Source: Ylistrum balloti
Taxonomy: Eukaryota
Assembly (NCBI RefSeq): GCF_031769215.1
Contig: NW_026782152.1
Coordinates: 62,001 to 126,000, forward strand
Direction of reading: 5' to 3'
DNA length: 64,000 nt
The notes beneath the pieces were generated by a model. That model was not told the origin of the DNA. It searched no databases and saw nothing but the letters and a program-made list of their open reading frames with translations. This document shows positions 1 to 12,485 of the stretch, piece by piece. A program made the position numbers and the translations under genes. The first letter of the stretch is position 1, and every line of letters begins with the position of its first letter.

Positions 1-376
1 ATTGCCTTGCAGATGCACCCACATGCCACCACGACCGGCATGATGTTGTAAAAATGGTATAAATCAACATGTCGATTCTGATAATGGAACCGCGCGAATT
101 TAAGTATTTCCAGATACTGTGACAATATCATTTATTGTGACAGGTGTATTTTCAAGGCTACTTTTAATCCACTGATCAGAGTGTTCACAAATTAATTGAT
201 TGTTAAGTATTGACATGATATCTATTAATCATTTTAAGTAAAACAATCGTGATTTTCTATGTGTTCAAGTGCATAAGAAGTTATCTTGGTGATTTGTACA
301 TTACATTTAAACTTTTCATGATATAAGAAATTAGTTTTAACATTCCTCTCATTGCCATTTAACACTAGAATCTGAC

Positions 377-3300
377 CTGAATTATGACATAGATGCCACT
401 GGTGAGACACAGGATGTAAGACCAGCCGAACGAGAATTCAGACACGTCAATGTTCCCCATCACAACACATCCGGCGATGCTCAATATTCCTGTAGTAAAA
501 CCAACAACAATCATAGACTGATAATTTCATGTTACACTCCTCGTATTTCACTTATTGTGTGTCAAGTTTAGTATCAAAACACTATGATTTATGGTTAATT
601 ACCATTCCTTCAAAAGCAATTTGGGAATGTATGTATTCATGTTGTAAATGAGGGGAAAAAATCAAAAGGGGCCGCAAAAATGTCAAACAGTATTACAAAA
701 CTCTCTGAATATGAGACATTTAAGGAAGACGTTATACCTGCTATTGGATACAACAGAATGAAGCATCCGCCATAGAGTTTATAACAATCAAACTCTTCAT
801 CTTTATCCTTGCCAATACAGCACAAAATTGTCCAGAACATCAAATAAATGGTGAGTGACGAAGCTTGCAGTCCCAGGGCTGCTGGACTGATGTCTATATT
901 GATATAAAAGCGATGTTTAACTTTTAAAGACAATAAAAGAGAAGAAAATTAATGGTTTAGGTAAAATAAGTAGCATGGGAGTTGTCAAAAGTAATAACTA
1001 CATTTATTTTTATTTGAGAATTTACAATCGAGTTAACACTTCTTAATCGCGTAAACATACCATGTAAACACAGCACTTTCATTACTATAATCACCCAATA
1101 TCTCCAGTTTAATAGCTTCCTTTCGAATTGACCCGATTGCCTTCATATTGAGATAAGTTTTGTTTTAACAAGGACAATATATGTTGTCTTGCGTTTTAAT
1201 GTATCAGTTCATGTTGTTCCTTTAAACGCAGATGGATCAATCGAAGAAGTGAAAAGATATGAAACAATGACCAGGCAAGAGTCTAATATTGACACGAACA
1301 AAAATAAGAATATGTTTCCTTTAATTTTATTGCCAAGCAATAATCTTTATGATAATTGGGTGGGGACCGTTACATAGATATAACCCAGAAACTACGCCCC
1401 CCGATGCGTGGACACACAACCTTGCCAATTCTTACATCGTGAATGTGTTTACTCTTGATACCCAGTATTGCTATATATTGTTAAAGCAGCTATTAACTTC
1501 GATTTTAACATCGGGAAATGGAGAATTCGGCTTACGAATGATAAAATATATCCATAATAAAGCGATACACTCGCCTATAACGTCAACTTTGTTGTTTTTG
1601 TACATATTTTCGACGTCGGAACACTGTTTATCTGGACTATTGTTTATAAACATGTCCACGCTCGGTTTATTACGAAGTAAGCCGACGGGTCACATGGCTT
1701 GTCACGTGACGAAGTCATTTACTCCCGCCGCAAAGAAAACATGGATTACGAGGAAAGTGTAAACAAACGCACATGTCTTATGTATGACGATTGCTTTTGT
1801 GACTTTCTGCTAATTCTTGTTTGCAGTAAATGATTATATAGTGTTATAATATATGATTTTTAACAATCATTCAATTAGTTTTTGTTTTGGATTCTCGTGC
1901 GAGAATTATCTATGTCAATCCTGGGCGCTTAACTAGTGGGGAACCAAAGTGGGTAATTACAATCGGAAAAGAAAAAAAACTTATTGTGAAGAAATGCACA
2001 GGAATTGATACTTTGCCTATACACATTAATAGATATTGTTTACCATTCAACATGTGTCTATGTATTCATGGTGAAGGTTATGTTTCATGGTCGTTATTCT
2101 CAAAGTAACACCAATACCGTCATATTTTTAGAACGAATACCCTCAATTGGGTCCCACCTTCTTGCAGTCAATAACAAACACACGTTGTCGATAGTACATT
2201 CAAGCGAATTACACAACTATTTTCATTCAACATTTATCAGAAAACACTTTTAGTAGTGTTGCTCATAAGATATTCACGCTTCAAGCACTGGATATTGGAT
2301 TATAATCAATGACAGGCGGATACGTTATTATTATGGGGCTAACATTAAGCTAACCAGTCAAGCAGCAGCTTCGCAAATTCCAAATCCGTATTCATTCCAA
2401 GATTCTCCTTCGTCTTTCGCCATCTATCGATCACCTGTCTAAAATAAATTCTTGTCTGTCCTCCTTTCTGGTCTGACTCCTTCCTCTTCCGCTTTCTGGG
2501 ACTTTCTATAAGGTAACTTTTAGGTCCTCGTCGGCTTTTCGTGTTTGCTTCCGCCATATTGCTTCATTTTAGGCTTATACGCATGCGCAGCATCAGGGTT
2601 AACAGTGGTAATGTATGAATTAGATCAAGACCGCACTGTTTACATTCTTTATTTTTCAGATATCAATAAAAATGGTTGCGGTGACTTTTTATTTTAGTAA
2701 TTAAAAGTGTTAGTTTTGTAACATGCTATTGGAAAATAGAACGTTTTATATCGTTTTCTGGTAGTGTTTGTTAACATTATAGTCCCTTTACGAGGTGGTG
2801 ATCTTGACTATTTCCACGATATGACCCAGGACGACTAAGTACCCAGAAGTGGGGCCAGAACTCAGAGCTAATTTAAACATAACAATTGCGTTTATCTCTT
2901 GATCACTAAATTTGCTATATATGCGGGATATCACACAAAAAAATGATTTCCATTCATCTAAACACAGTTCAATCATTCTTAGAGGAGGAGTAGGATTTTA
3001 AAGAATTTGCTGTGCCTCCCATATTGGGCCCCTTTCCTTCCACTCCAAGGGGCAGAGACGCACAGTTAATACAAAAAAATCAAATCATATCTACAAGATA
3101 TGTAGAATTTTAAGCACTTCCAAATTTCCCTTTTTGCCCCCCACCCCTAAGGCGAACGTTTGTGAATCGATTTAGCTAGTTCTATAAAGGATTTCCTCAA
3201 GTCAAATAGGTATGTTTGTTCAAATGGTAAATTGTCAACGGGTGACAAATTTTATCACACAGGGTTTAAGTTCTCGATATCAACCTCAGTTGATCGTACG

Positions 3301-4217
3301 TCAAGGCGAAGAATGCTAAGAGAAACAAAAATGTCTATCTAAACTGTACTTCATGCTATTTGATTGCCATATAGATTCAACGAGTTTTAATAGCTGGTCA
3401 CCCACTAGAAGCTTATTGTTACCGGCTGGATTGCTCGGTCATGTCAAGTAGCATTTCGATGTAATGGCTAACAAATATGACAGCCTGAATTATCATGCTG
3501 AGTTAATGTTCTAACACGGTTATCGATAACGGTAGTCCCTAGAGTGTTCTGGAATAAAACAGGATATGACCTTTCACGAAACGACGCACATTGTCGCTGT
3601 ATTTTAAGATGAGACACCTGTATACAGTTGTATGCCTAAGAAACAGAACGGTAACTTCGCACTTTAAGTTTACTATGATATGACTAGTTATGTGAATTAA
3701 ACTTCATGCAGGTATTCTTCAAAGGACACAATAAGTACCAGCACAGATTGGGCGATTTCTAGAAAAATTGGCGGAATAATCAACGATTAGCCTGCAAAGA
3801 GTTGATTGTATTTGCTTGATCAGAAAAATATCTCATCGAATGAAATAAGACTGGAACGTTAGTGTTCCTCACATTTTGTTTCAGTTTTCATTCAACAGGA
3901 TCTGACATTGTGTGCAATACCAGTTCATTAATTTTTAACATAAAGGTAGTTGAAAATATATTTACAACGGCATAATTAAAGTCAAGAAACCGTACATAGT
4001 TATATCTTGTCAATAATAATGGTTACCTACATTCACCATTCTTGACACATTCATTAGCTGAATTGGATGTTGAAAAGGTGAAAAGTCCTTGAGCATCGCA
4101 TTCTTTCCATTTCACCCAGTAAGGAGAGAAGAATCCAATGGCTTGGAGGAGAAAAGCGGCAAAAAATGTGAACAAGAAACAACAACAAAAAGCCGCGGTT
4201 TCGCCCATGATGTACAC
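377..4217 (-). CDS. Claudin/PMP22/EMP-superfamily-like four-pass membrane protein, multi-exon; the 3' end may continue towards or past the window start
   Basis: Exon 1 runs 4217 to ~4031 or 4037 (two possible phase-1 donors): TM1 FLFTFFAAFLLQAIGFFSPYW, then W..C..QGLF..C. Exon 2 is 893-738 (TM2, TM3). Exon 3 is 489-377 (GILSIAGCVVMG...FSFGWSYILCLTSGIYVIIQ). All introns are GT-AG with compatible phases. The xSPYW / GL / Cys loop and the GWSY motif before TM4 are typical of the superfamily. A possible fourth exon at ~78-1 (VVVACGCICKA, open frame) is uncertain. Confidence 0.75.
2353..2557 (-). CDS. First coding exon of a transposon-associated gene (basic region plus TRIYF...RWRKTKENLGMNTDLEFAKLLLD motif), orphaned
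   Basis: The ATG lies in an aatATGGCGG context and is followed by an NLS-like RKRKRK. The segment closely resembles an N-terminal motif I recognise from animal transposon-derived proteins. It ends at a splice donor (GAC TG|gttagc) right after LLD. No downstream transposase exon is visible. Confidence 0.55.
2578..2589. promoter_or_regulatory. NRF1-like palindrome (TACGCATGCGCA) about 20 bp upstream of the transposon ATG
   Basis: Differs from the NRF1 consensus TGCGCATGCGCA at one position and sits at a promoter-like distance from the ATG at 2557. Confidence 0.4.
2800..3260. repeat. Degenerate HINE/Helentron-type interspersed repeat
   Basis: Contains motifs such as ggggccagaa, tggggcccc and gtttgttcaaatgg, similar in character to the other bivalve-type repeats in the window. 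Boundaries are approximate. Confidence 0.35.
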
Positions 4218-6549
4218 CCTTCTAACAAGGAAGCGATATGTATTCTCGGAAACAGCATATTATTAGAATCTACATGAGATATACATCTATAGATATCAAA
4301 TATCGACAGGTAGTAGTTTTGTACAGCTACACACTTAAGTGTAGCAGCCACCATGGAAGGCGAGATAGAGAAAAGGGGTGGTACATGTATATTTACCATC
4401 ATAAACATTGAATAAAAGAAAACAAACAATCAATGTACCAAGTTCAATTTGAATTTAACGTTAATTTTTCATTTTTTCCATTTTACAAACACATAACTCA
4501 ATATATAAAGTCTTTCAACGCTTCATTTATCACATAAATTCGCAAACACATTAAATCTGTCAATGTATCACTCAGTACAACACATTTGTCTATTTACTTT
4601 TTAAAAAAAGTGTCCAGTGTACAGTGATATGGAATTTTTATCAAGGTAGAAATATATAAAACTGACAAATGAACATAATTTAATAGGAGACAAGTTAAAT
4701 AGCTCTGATAAGAAGTGATATGGAATTGTTATCAAGGTAGAAAAATAACCAGTTGTATAGTTTTTTTATTAAATAGATTACACGTAAGAAGGAGTGTGTG
4801 TTGACGATTAAAGTAGTGAGGCGAAACGCAGGGTACACAAACGCAATTGAGTCTTTCATATTTAGATTTTTCATATATATTTTTATTTGGAAGAATGTGT
4901 ATTGACTATCTGGTTTTTCCAACCAGTTAAGAACATAGAGTGGAACCTGTAAACGTGCTGGATAACGCAAATGTATATATAACATAGTGTTGTTCTTTGC
5001 TGATGTACCCAGGTATATACAAACCTTCTGTGTACTATTATGGTATATGTTCATGTCTATAGCAGGTTCATAACACAAATGTTTGATATGTCAGGTTCTT
5101 GTTACCGATGCAGCTGTACAAATGTATTAAAACGGTTTTATTGTTTGTTTGTTTTTTTCACCCTTCTTTTTTTACAATCAACGACAATATAATAACAACA
5201 TATCGACGGATTTTTTTTCAATCTAAAAAAACAATGAAAAGGAGAAAATTGGACGGTAGGATTTACACGAGGACCCATCTAAAGTACACGGAGAATAAGA
5301 CAAGAGTTATCGTCTTTACCTTCATCGACGACAACATGATTCTGGTTTTAATTTTAGAATGTGACATTACTACAATACCTTTAGCTTTGTTAACCATGCT
5401 TTACAAAAAAGTCAACATCTTTGCTATTATTGTTTCAAAGTAGAAAAAAAGGAAAATCTGATCGTGTTTTGTCAATGCGCAACTTTCACATTAATCAGTG
5501 CTCGTCGAGAAATGTATAAGTGTATCCACTGTTTCGAGCTAAAGACATGCTCAAACATCCACTGATTACATGAACTCTTATTTGTGATGGAAAATTACAA
5601 AAATAAATAAATAAAAATTTGAGATGTGAGATGTGGGATTTAGCTTTACTGTGAATTAAGAATGTAACAATGGTATTTTTAGAATAGTTTAGCTTAAACT
5701 ATTATATCATACAATATCATTTAAACTTCAATTGCTAATAGTTCAATGGCCAATTGTTAGCCTTACAACTATAGCGAAGATTAGGAAGACAACATGGATT
5801 ATGATCACGTTTCGATGCTACAACTGGGGATCGTCTATCTTCTGTCTCTACAACTGACAAATGAGTGAGAAGAATAGTAGATGGTCACACACTGAATACA
5901 AATGCTACACATATAATAAAGGCATTAAATAACGAAAACATTTAACACATATATGTTATATATCCCACAACTATACTTGCATCCATAGCAATATCGATTA
6001 TAAAAAATAGTATACAATATTAAGGGTACGTACATGTATGTTTAAAAACCGAACCAATTCTGCACTGAGGGCAGTTTTTTTTATTCTGGCCTTGGCAAAA
6101 GGGGAACAGTGTTAACTGGCTTCATGTCATTCAAGTAGTTTTGGTTTATCTTTCAAAACAGGTTTCAAGCTATTGATTTTAAGCTCTTTCAAGAATGGCA
6201 TACTGAACCGGTTCATTCTGAAAGTTCTGAAAATTATTCCAAAGCAGCATTTTCTCATTTGAACAACTAAGATTGCAGATATTTGATATCGTTTTAGGAA
6301 ACTCGCTAAGGTCATTGAATTAATGGGCCAGTGAATACAGTCAAAAATATTTGGACCACTGCAATAATTACAGAAAAATTACAACAATTCATTCACCACG
6401 CTAGAAATAAACATTTTTACCATCTACAAGGATTTTGCTAAGAGTGAATATGATAACTCTATCAATAATGTTCTGCTTGAAACATTGACCAGCCATGAAA
6501 GCTATTTCCTATTTTGATGTCATCGAAATCGTTACGAGTGTGTTTATTT

Positions 6550-6910
6550 NNNNNNNNNNNNNNNNNNNNNNNNNNNNNNNNNNNNNNNNNNNNNNNNNNN
6601 NNNNNNNNNNNNNNNNNNNNNNNNNNNNNNNNNNNNNNNNNNNNNNNNNNNNNNNNNNNNNNNNNNNNNNNNNNNNNNNNNNNNNNNNNNNNNNNNNNNN
6701 NNNNNNNNNNNNNNNNNNNNNNNNNNNNNNNNNNNNNNNNNNNNNNNNNNNNNNNNNNNNNNNNNNNNNNNNNNNNNNNNNNNNNNNNNNNNNNNNNNNN
6801 NNNNNNNNNNNNNNNNNNNNNNNNNNNNNNNNNNNNNNNNNNNNNNNNNNNNNNNNNNNNNNNNNNNNNNNNNNNNNNNNNNNNNNNNNNNNNNNNNNNN
6901 NNNNNNNNNC
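6550..6910. other. Assembly gap (361 N)
   Basis: Uninterrupted run of N. Confidence 1.
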
Positions 6911-7059
6911 CGAAAATACCATGTTACTAATTAAATCAAATCCCGAAGTTCCTGACAGCCTTCACTAAAAAAGGTTGTTAAACCAGGTATGTAATGTCGT
7001 AATGTATGTGATACCACATATCTATGACCAAATTGTGGCTATAATTACCACGTGGGATT

Positions 7060-9164
7060 ACTGAAAAACAAGACAAGAATACTAAGCACACATCACACCA
7101 ACTTCCTTGGAAATGCAGATCTGGTCATCTTCATGGATGACGGAATAATCTCAAAAGAGGGCAAGTCCTGAGACATGTCCGTCAAATGAATGTTTTGTTA
7201 TATTGCAGTATTTGTTTAAACATGCTTATGTTTTAGGAAGTCGTGTTTTAAGAAATCGTCAAAGATTCCCGATACCGTCTGTCTTGGAAGTAAAACTCCT
7301 TTTTTTTAATTATTTCAGTAGGAGTCACTAGCTTGCAGAGGAAAAGATAATGTGGAGCAGTCGTTTTAATATCTTTTTTATCTTTAATAGGACCTCCGTC
7401 AGAGGTACTTATAGATATTAGAGTTAGTGGGCACAAACCATCAGACAAAACAGGTGCAGACGGCCGACACTCAAAGGAAAACCACCAAGATAGGAAACTG
7501 GGACAGGAGACTATTGAAACCCTATGCAAGGTTATCTGCCCTTGCTTTAGATATTAGGCAGTATTATCTGTTTTGGTTATATTACTGAATTGATGTTTAT
7601 AATATTTAATTATTAAGCAGAATTATCTGTTTTAGTTATATGTTCTGACACACAGTCATTGATCTGTGGGGGACATATATTAAGGTCACTTTACTACGCT
7701 GTACTGCTGCTGCTGAGGCAGGTGCACAAACTGCGCAATAGTTAATACCTAAAACGCTAACAAATGTTTATGTGACGTAATTTTTTAAAGTCTTTTGTTT
7801 ACACTGGGAGACCGGACCTTGGCGTGTGTGGCCGAATTGAAGGCTTTGTATTTGTTTTCGACTGTTTTAGCTCCAGAATGTCTGGAATTCAATTCAAAAT
7901 TAGTAACAGTTTGACAGCCTTGGTCAACCGGGGTCACCCATCAAATTTGACAGTCACGTAGGCATTAGACATAAATAGGAGGGGACAAGATCGTCCCTCA
8001 CTCCGGTCACTAGACAGCGTATTGGACGGACTGGTGTCACGAGGCCTGGGACCAGGGCAGGTACGGGAGCGAGAGAGTTTTGTAAGCTTACCGGAAATAA
8101 AAGGCGCTTTTCTTCACCTTCGATAGTCCTTCAATTGTGTCTCTCGAACGGTTCGAGAGGGTTACACTATGGCCACTGGGCAGGTGAGAGTGAAAGTGTA
8201 CAAAGCATATCAGGAAGCTGTTGGAAAATGGTTTGTCCTAGCAATGGTCATGCCTATTCTCTTTATGCTAGGTATCTATCTGGTCCTAAATAAGTGTTCA
8301 GCTCGATTTATGATATGCTATGGAAATTATCACGATTTCACTGTATAACCGTATCCTTACGGCAGAATTCTCAATAGATTTTCATCAGACATGGGGACCA
8401 TCGACGACTCCTTAAGTCACATGATCATGGTAGCTTTGCGGCAGTTGTTCGAAGTTGTTGGAACTATACTCATCGTCTGTTACGGAATGCCATGGTTCAT
8501 AATTATCCTCCTACCCTTGGCAACCATTTTCAAAAAGAATCTGGACTCCATCGTGTGTTTCTGTGACGAGGAAGTGTGGTGTGTCTTGTACAGATGTCAT
8601 CTTCGCCAACCTGTAGACTGACTGGGATGACTGAAGAGAGAGGTGGGAGAAAAAGTACGTCATTTTACTGTAGGACAGAAACAACTCATGTGTCTTGCTA
8701 GGACTTTCCTAACCAAAGCCAAAGTAAGCTAATTTCTATTTAGGTATGGGGACACTCAGTAACATGCAATAATGCGACATTTGAACCCATGGAAATCCGA
8801 TGCTCTTTTTTTCTGTAATAATTATTAGTTTTCCATCAACAAGTAAAGGATCATTGAGCATTGATAATGATTATTGTTCCACTCCACAGTCACATTCCAG
8901 ATACTGTGTATTGATGAAGCTACAGCCGGTGTATTCCTGAAGACAGACAGATTAAAACAAGAAACAATTCGTCAGGAGTTTGTGGAGAGTACAGTGTTGA
9001 CCATTGCCCATAGAATCAACACCATAATGGAAAGTGACAGGGTGTTGGTGATTGACCAGGGTCAGGAGGCTGAACTGGACTCTCCAGAAAACCTTCAAAA
9101 ATTCCACAGTCTCAGTTCTATCATTTGGTACAGGGAAGTAGTCTCCAAACCAGCATACAAATGA
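7060..9164 (+). pseudogene. ABCC10: ABCC10 (MRP7)-like ABC transporter pseudogene: C-terminal half, with stop codons, internal deletions and an LTR insertion
   Basis: Collinear fragments: GLLKNKTRILSTHHTNFLGNADLVIFMDDGIISKEG (~7060-7160); a GC-AG intron; GPPSEVL...LGQETMATGQVRVKVYKAYQEAVG (7391-7514 plus 8171-8271); GRILNRFSSDMGTIDDSL (from 8361); KNLD...DEEVW...CHL with two in-frame TGA stops; the ABC signature FTVGQKQLMCLAR; a GT-AG intron at 8724-8900; ILCIDEATA...[25 protein letters not shown] and ILCIDEATA match ABCC10 specifically. Confidence 0.85.
7515..8166 (+). mobile_element. Solo LTR (652 bp, Gypsy-like 4-bp TSD) inserted in an ABCC10 exon
   Basis: Termini are TGAAACCC...GGGTTACA, an 8-bp inverted repeat with one mismatch and TG...CA ends. 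It is flanked by a perfect CTAT duplication (7511-7514 and 8167-8170). Removing it restores an open exon: CAG GAG ACT ATG GCC ACT GGG. AATAAA lies at 8096-8101. Confidence 0.9.
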
Positions 9165-11175
9165 ATTCGTTCAAAGTTGATCAAACTCTACTGTATGTCC
9201 AGGGTGCATTTCCATTTTGAGTAAATTATCAAAAAGTTCAACTATTTTCTTTATCATCAGTTAATTGTCCTGTTTTGACCAACTCGGACTTGAAGAAATA
9301 TCTTAAACAGACAAGTTCAGACAACAAAGCCTGATAGCTGATTAGAGTAAACCAATGGACTTGATTGTAGTCCTATATACAAGCAAAGTCAGTCTCAATT
9401 TACCTCATGAAAACAATATCAATACATCGATTATTTAGGTCAGATTGTTTCTTATTGAGTATTAAATTACATGTGGGATATTTTAATTTTTAAACGTTTT
9501 TTACAGCATTCGTTTAAACCCATATTTTAGTATCGGCACTTTGGTTGCCACGTGTCACATAGAGTTGTGAAAGAATGATCGGCTTTATTTTAGAGCGTTT
9601 CAAGAATAAATGATAATTTTTTATGTAAATGATAGGGGATTAGACTAAAATTATATAAATTGTCAAAAAAATCACCCTTTGTTAAGATAAAAATAGCTAT
9701 GTTTTTATTTATTTTATGATGTTGCATGAATAAATTGTGCATTTTATCTATGGAGTCTATGGTACACTTAGGGGAAAATTTCGAACTTGAGTTATTGTAT
9801 GGATAAGAAATAAAATTGATTTTTAATGGAGAAATAAGTTACTTGATTTATTCTCAGAATGGCATAAATAATGACAAATAACAAAGTATAATGGCTCTTA
9901 CTACAGAGACAGTGGTAAATGGTAAATTAGAGTCACACTGTTGTACAGCACAATGCTAGCATTTTAAGTTGTTTATTAATAAATTATATGCTGTATGTAT
10001 CTTTTTGTGTACTTTGTACAACCGGTTCAGCATCAATATTTTGTATTACTTTAAAAACACCCTATATTATTATTGTATTTGGATACATGATGAACTATGT
10101 GGAACACTCTTGAAATGCGATATGTGTACCCGACTAAAAGAATCTGTGCGGTAGATGCTTTGTATGGCGAATATCATATATATCATCATGGGTTAAATGT
10201 TAAAAAGGGGGTAACTGTTACTTTTTAACATTTTGTGTCACACATAATAAACAGTTTAGAATCAACCGACTCATTTGTACATCTCCTTTTTAGTCTATCG
10301 CCATAATTACATAGTGGGTTGTTTCATCTTTCATCCATGATCCGTGTGTCGGTCATTATCATAAGATGAATGGTACCAAGTGAATATTTAATTTTGAGAC
10401 TGATCGGAAACATACTTGCCAACAGAGATGCAGTCATCATAAATTCTGAAGTCAAAAAGAAATTATTGCGACATCTCAGAAAGTGTGTGTGGCGATCACC
10501 CTGTATTTTATTACAAAAAGTTTGTTTTCATAAAATGAATGTTTCATATTTCGATTTTCCTTGATCCAAGATTGTGTCACTCTAATTTTCAGACTGATCA
10601 TTGTAAGTTAATGATGCTAGCAATTACCACCGGTTGGATTTTTCTTATATTCCATATGTAGAGCTTTCATGGTTCCTTGATGTTCTATTTTCATTTTGTG
10701 ACTAATTGGATACCAAAATAGCACATATTACTAGGCTTTGAAAGTTTTTCTAAAGTCCTTTAAATATGTTTGACAAAAGGGAGTGAATGGTTCTTTCTGG
10801 AATAGCATGTGTACATTTTCCTTAATCTCTTGGTTTCCCTTGGTCTCTTGATCATTGTTACAAATAACCGACAGACAGCCATATTTGATTTTGGAAGTTA
10901 AGGGATTTTTCGCTATTTTGTGACAGACCATGTGATGGTTCTCATTCAGATGTCTGGGTTTTTTGGGTTTTTTTTTTTTTTTTTTGCACAGAATTTAATC
11001 TCATATATTTTGATTCCTCCTTTCTTCACTTTGGATTTTTAATGGCTGTGGTTTAAAAAGAAAATTTAGATTTAATTCATTTGAAAGTTTATTCATTTAT
11101 TGTCTTCCTGCAAAAGTCATTTATGAAGTGACTTGTCAAAATTATAGTGTATAGTTTAGTTATATAAAGCTAAAG

Positions 11176-11202
11176 TATATATATATATATATGTGTTTGA
11201 GT

Positions 11203-11238
<36 letters not shown>
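11176..11238. repeat. Compound (TA)n(TG)n microsatellite
   Basis: Seen directly in the sequence. Confidence 0.95.
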
Positions 11239-11242
<4 letters not shown>

Positions 11243-12022
11243 CTTAGAAAACATCTGTTATGTATGAAAAAAAATGGACATCAGTTCACAGTCATACATA
11301 AAATTTAGTACCCTCATGTAGTCCAAACCATGACAACCATCAAATATTAGCCCAACAAAATTAAACAACAGTACATTATAAGGAACAGATGCTTCCATTA
11401 CTTCAACTTGGGTGTTCAAGATGTAAACAAAATTACATATTTGCCATTGGCATTACTTTACTCAAAAATGCTTTAAAAGACAATGTAAAAACAAAACAGT
11501 ATTTATGTGCATACAGAAATCAAAGGCAGAGTAAAAAATCTAATATAAAAACCAATTCATGACAAGAATACCCTTTTCAATTAACTTAAAATATTTCATA
11601 AGATAAAATGGAAGAAAATAATTACATTCAAGAAAGTTTTTTGATATTTCAAAAGGTTTATAGGGCCAAAACCAACATAAAATGTATGCATTATCCCAAT
11701 ATACTTTGTATCAAGTTGACTCAAATCGAATTTAAAGCATATTTTCAGTCTTGACTACAAAGATTTTTTTTTAATTCACATCATTCAATGATAAAGTTCT
11801 CACTTGTTGGATACTGTGTGCTATCATTACTCGAATGATACTAAAGTCAGTTGATTCAAAGCCATAAGCCTGTTAGGATGTAACCATTCTAAAAATATAA
11901 ACTTAAAAGATACAAGTATACCCATTTCACAAATAATGCAAACATTTATGAGTAATATGAGATTAATCTAGGATTCCAGGAATATATTTATACCATTTTC
12001 TAACATGGAGGAATATTTTTTT

Positions 12023-12107
12023 AGATTGGGTGGAAATCCCTGTTCTAACATTTGTTCCAGGAAAAGATTGGGTGGAAATCCCTGTTCTAACATTTGTTCC
12101 AGGAAAA
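12023..12107. repeat. Tandem duplication, two copies of a 42-bp unit
   Basis: agattgggtggaaatccctgttctaacatttgttccaggaaa begins at both 12023 and 12065. Confidence 0.95.
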
Positions 12108-12485
12108 GGACAAAATGATATTAAATACATCTAATTTTTTATCTATTAATTGACAAAATACTAACATGTGCTATTATTTCAGATAAATTTTGTTTTTCAA
12201 AAAGATTAACATTACTTTTGTAGGTTTTGAAATTTGAGTATTTTTTGCATAAACTGCTTGGGGGGAAATTTATTGCTAAAAAGTGAAGCAATAGGTCTTG
12301 ATTGATCTATGGTAAACTCCAACAGATCTAGATCTTAAATTAGCCTGAAATGCATATAACCCGCCTGTTATAATGTCAATGTTGATTTATTTCCAACATG
12401 TCACTTCTTAATCAACAAGCCAGAGTGTGAAGTCGAAAACTTCTGAGTCCATTGAAAAACTAACTAAGACAAGAAGATTTTAATA

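Larger units (their letters stand above)
1485..2787. mobile_element. Non-autonomous Kolobok-like DNA transposon (imperfect termini) in intron 1 of the claudin-like gene
   Basis: Left end is TTAA|AGCAGCTATT (TTAA at 1481-1484). Right end is ATAGTCCCT|TTA(c), which reads AGGGACTAT on the reverse strand. TTAA target sites with AG...CT termini are Kolobok hallmarks. The two termini match only partly, so they may belong to two different elements. Confidence 0.45.

Noticed and set aside
1189-2253. ORFs 1189-1377, 1349-1762, 1887-2108 and 2005-2253
   Set aside because: They are intronic or lie inside the transposon, antisense to the host gene, depend on alternative start codons in several cases, and show no recognisable motifs.
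6495-6968. ORFs of 137-157 aa
   Set aside because: They are artefacts of translating the N gap.
8351-8358. GTATCCTT resembling a U12 donor in the ABCC10 pseudogene
   Set aside because: It lies immediately upstream of coding GRILNRF rather than after an exon, and no matching branch point or acceptor was found.
7060-9164. ABCC10 fragments as a functional gene or a processed retrocopy
   Set aside because: In-frame stops, deletions and an LTR insertion rule out function, and the retained introns rule out retroposition.
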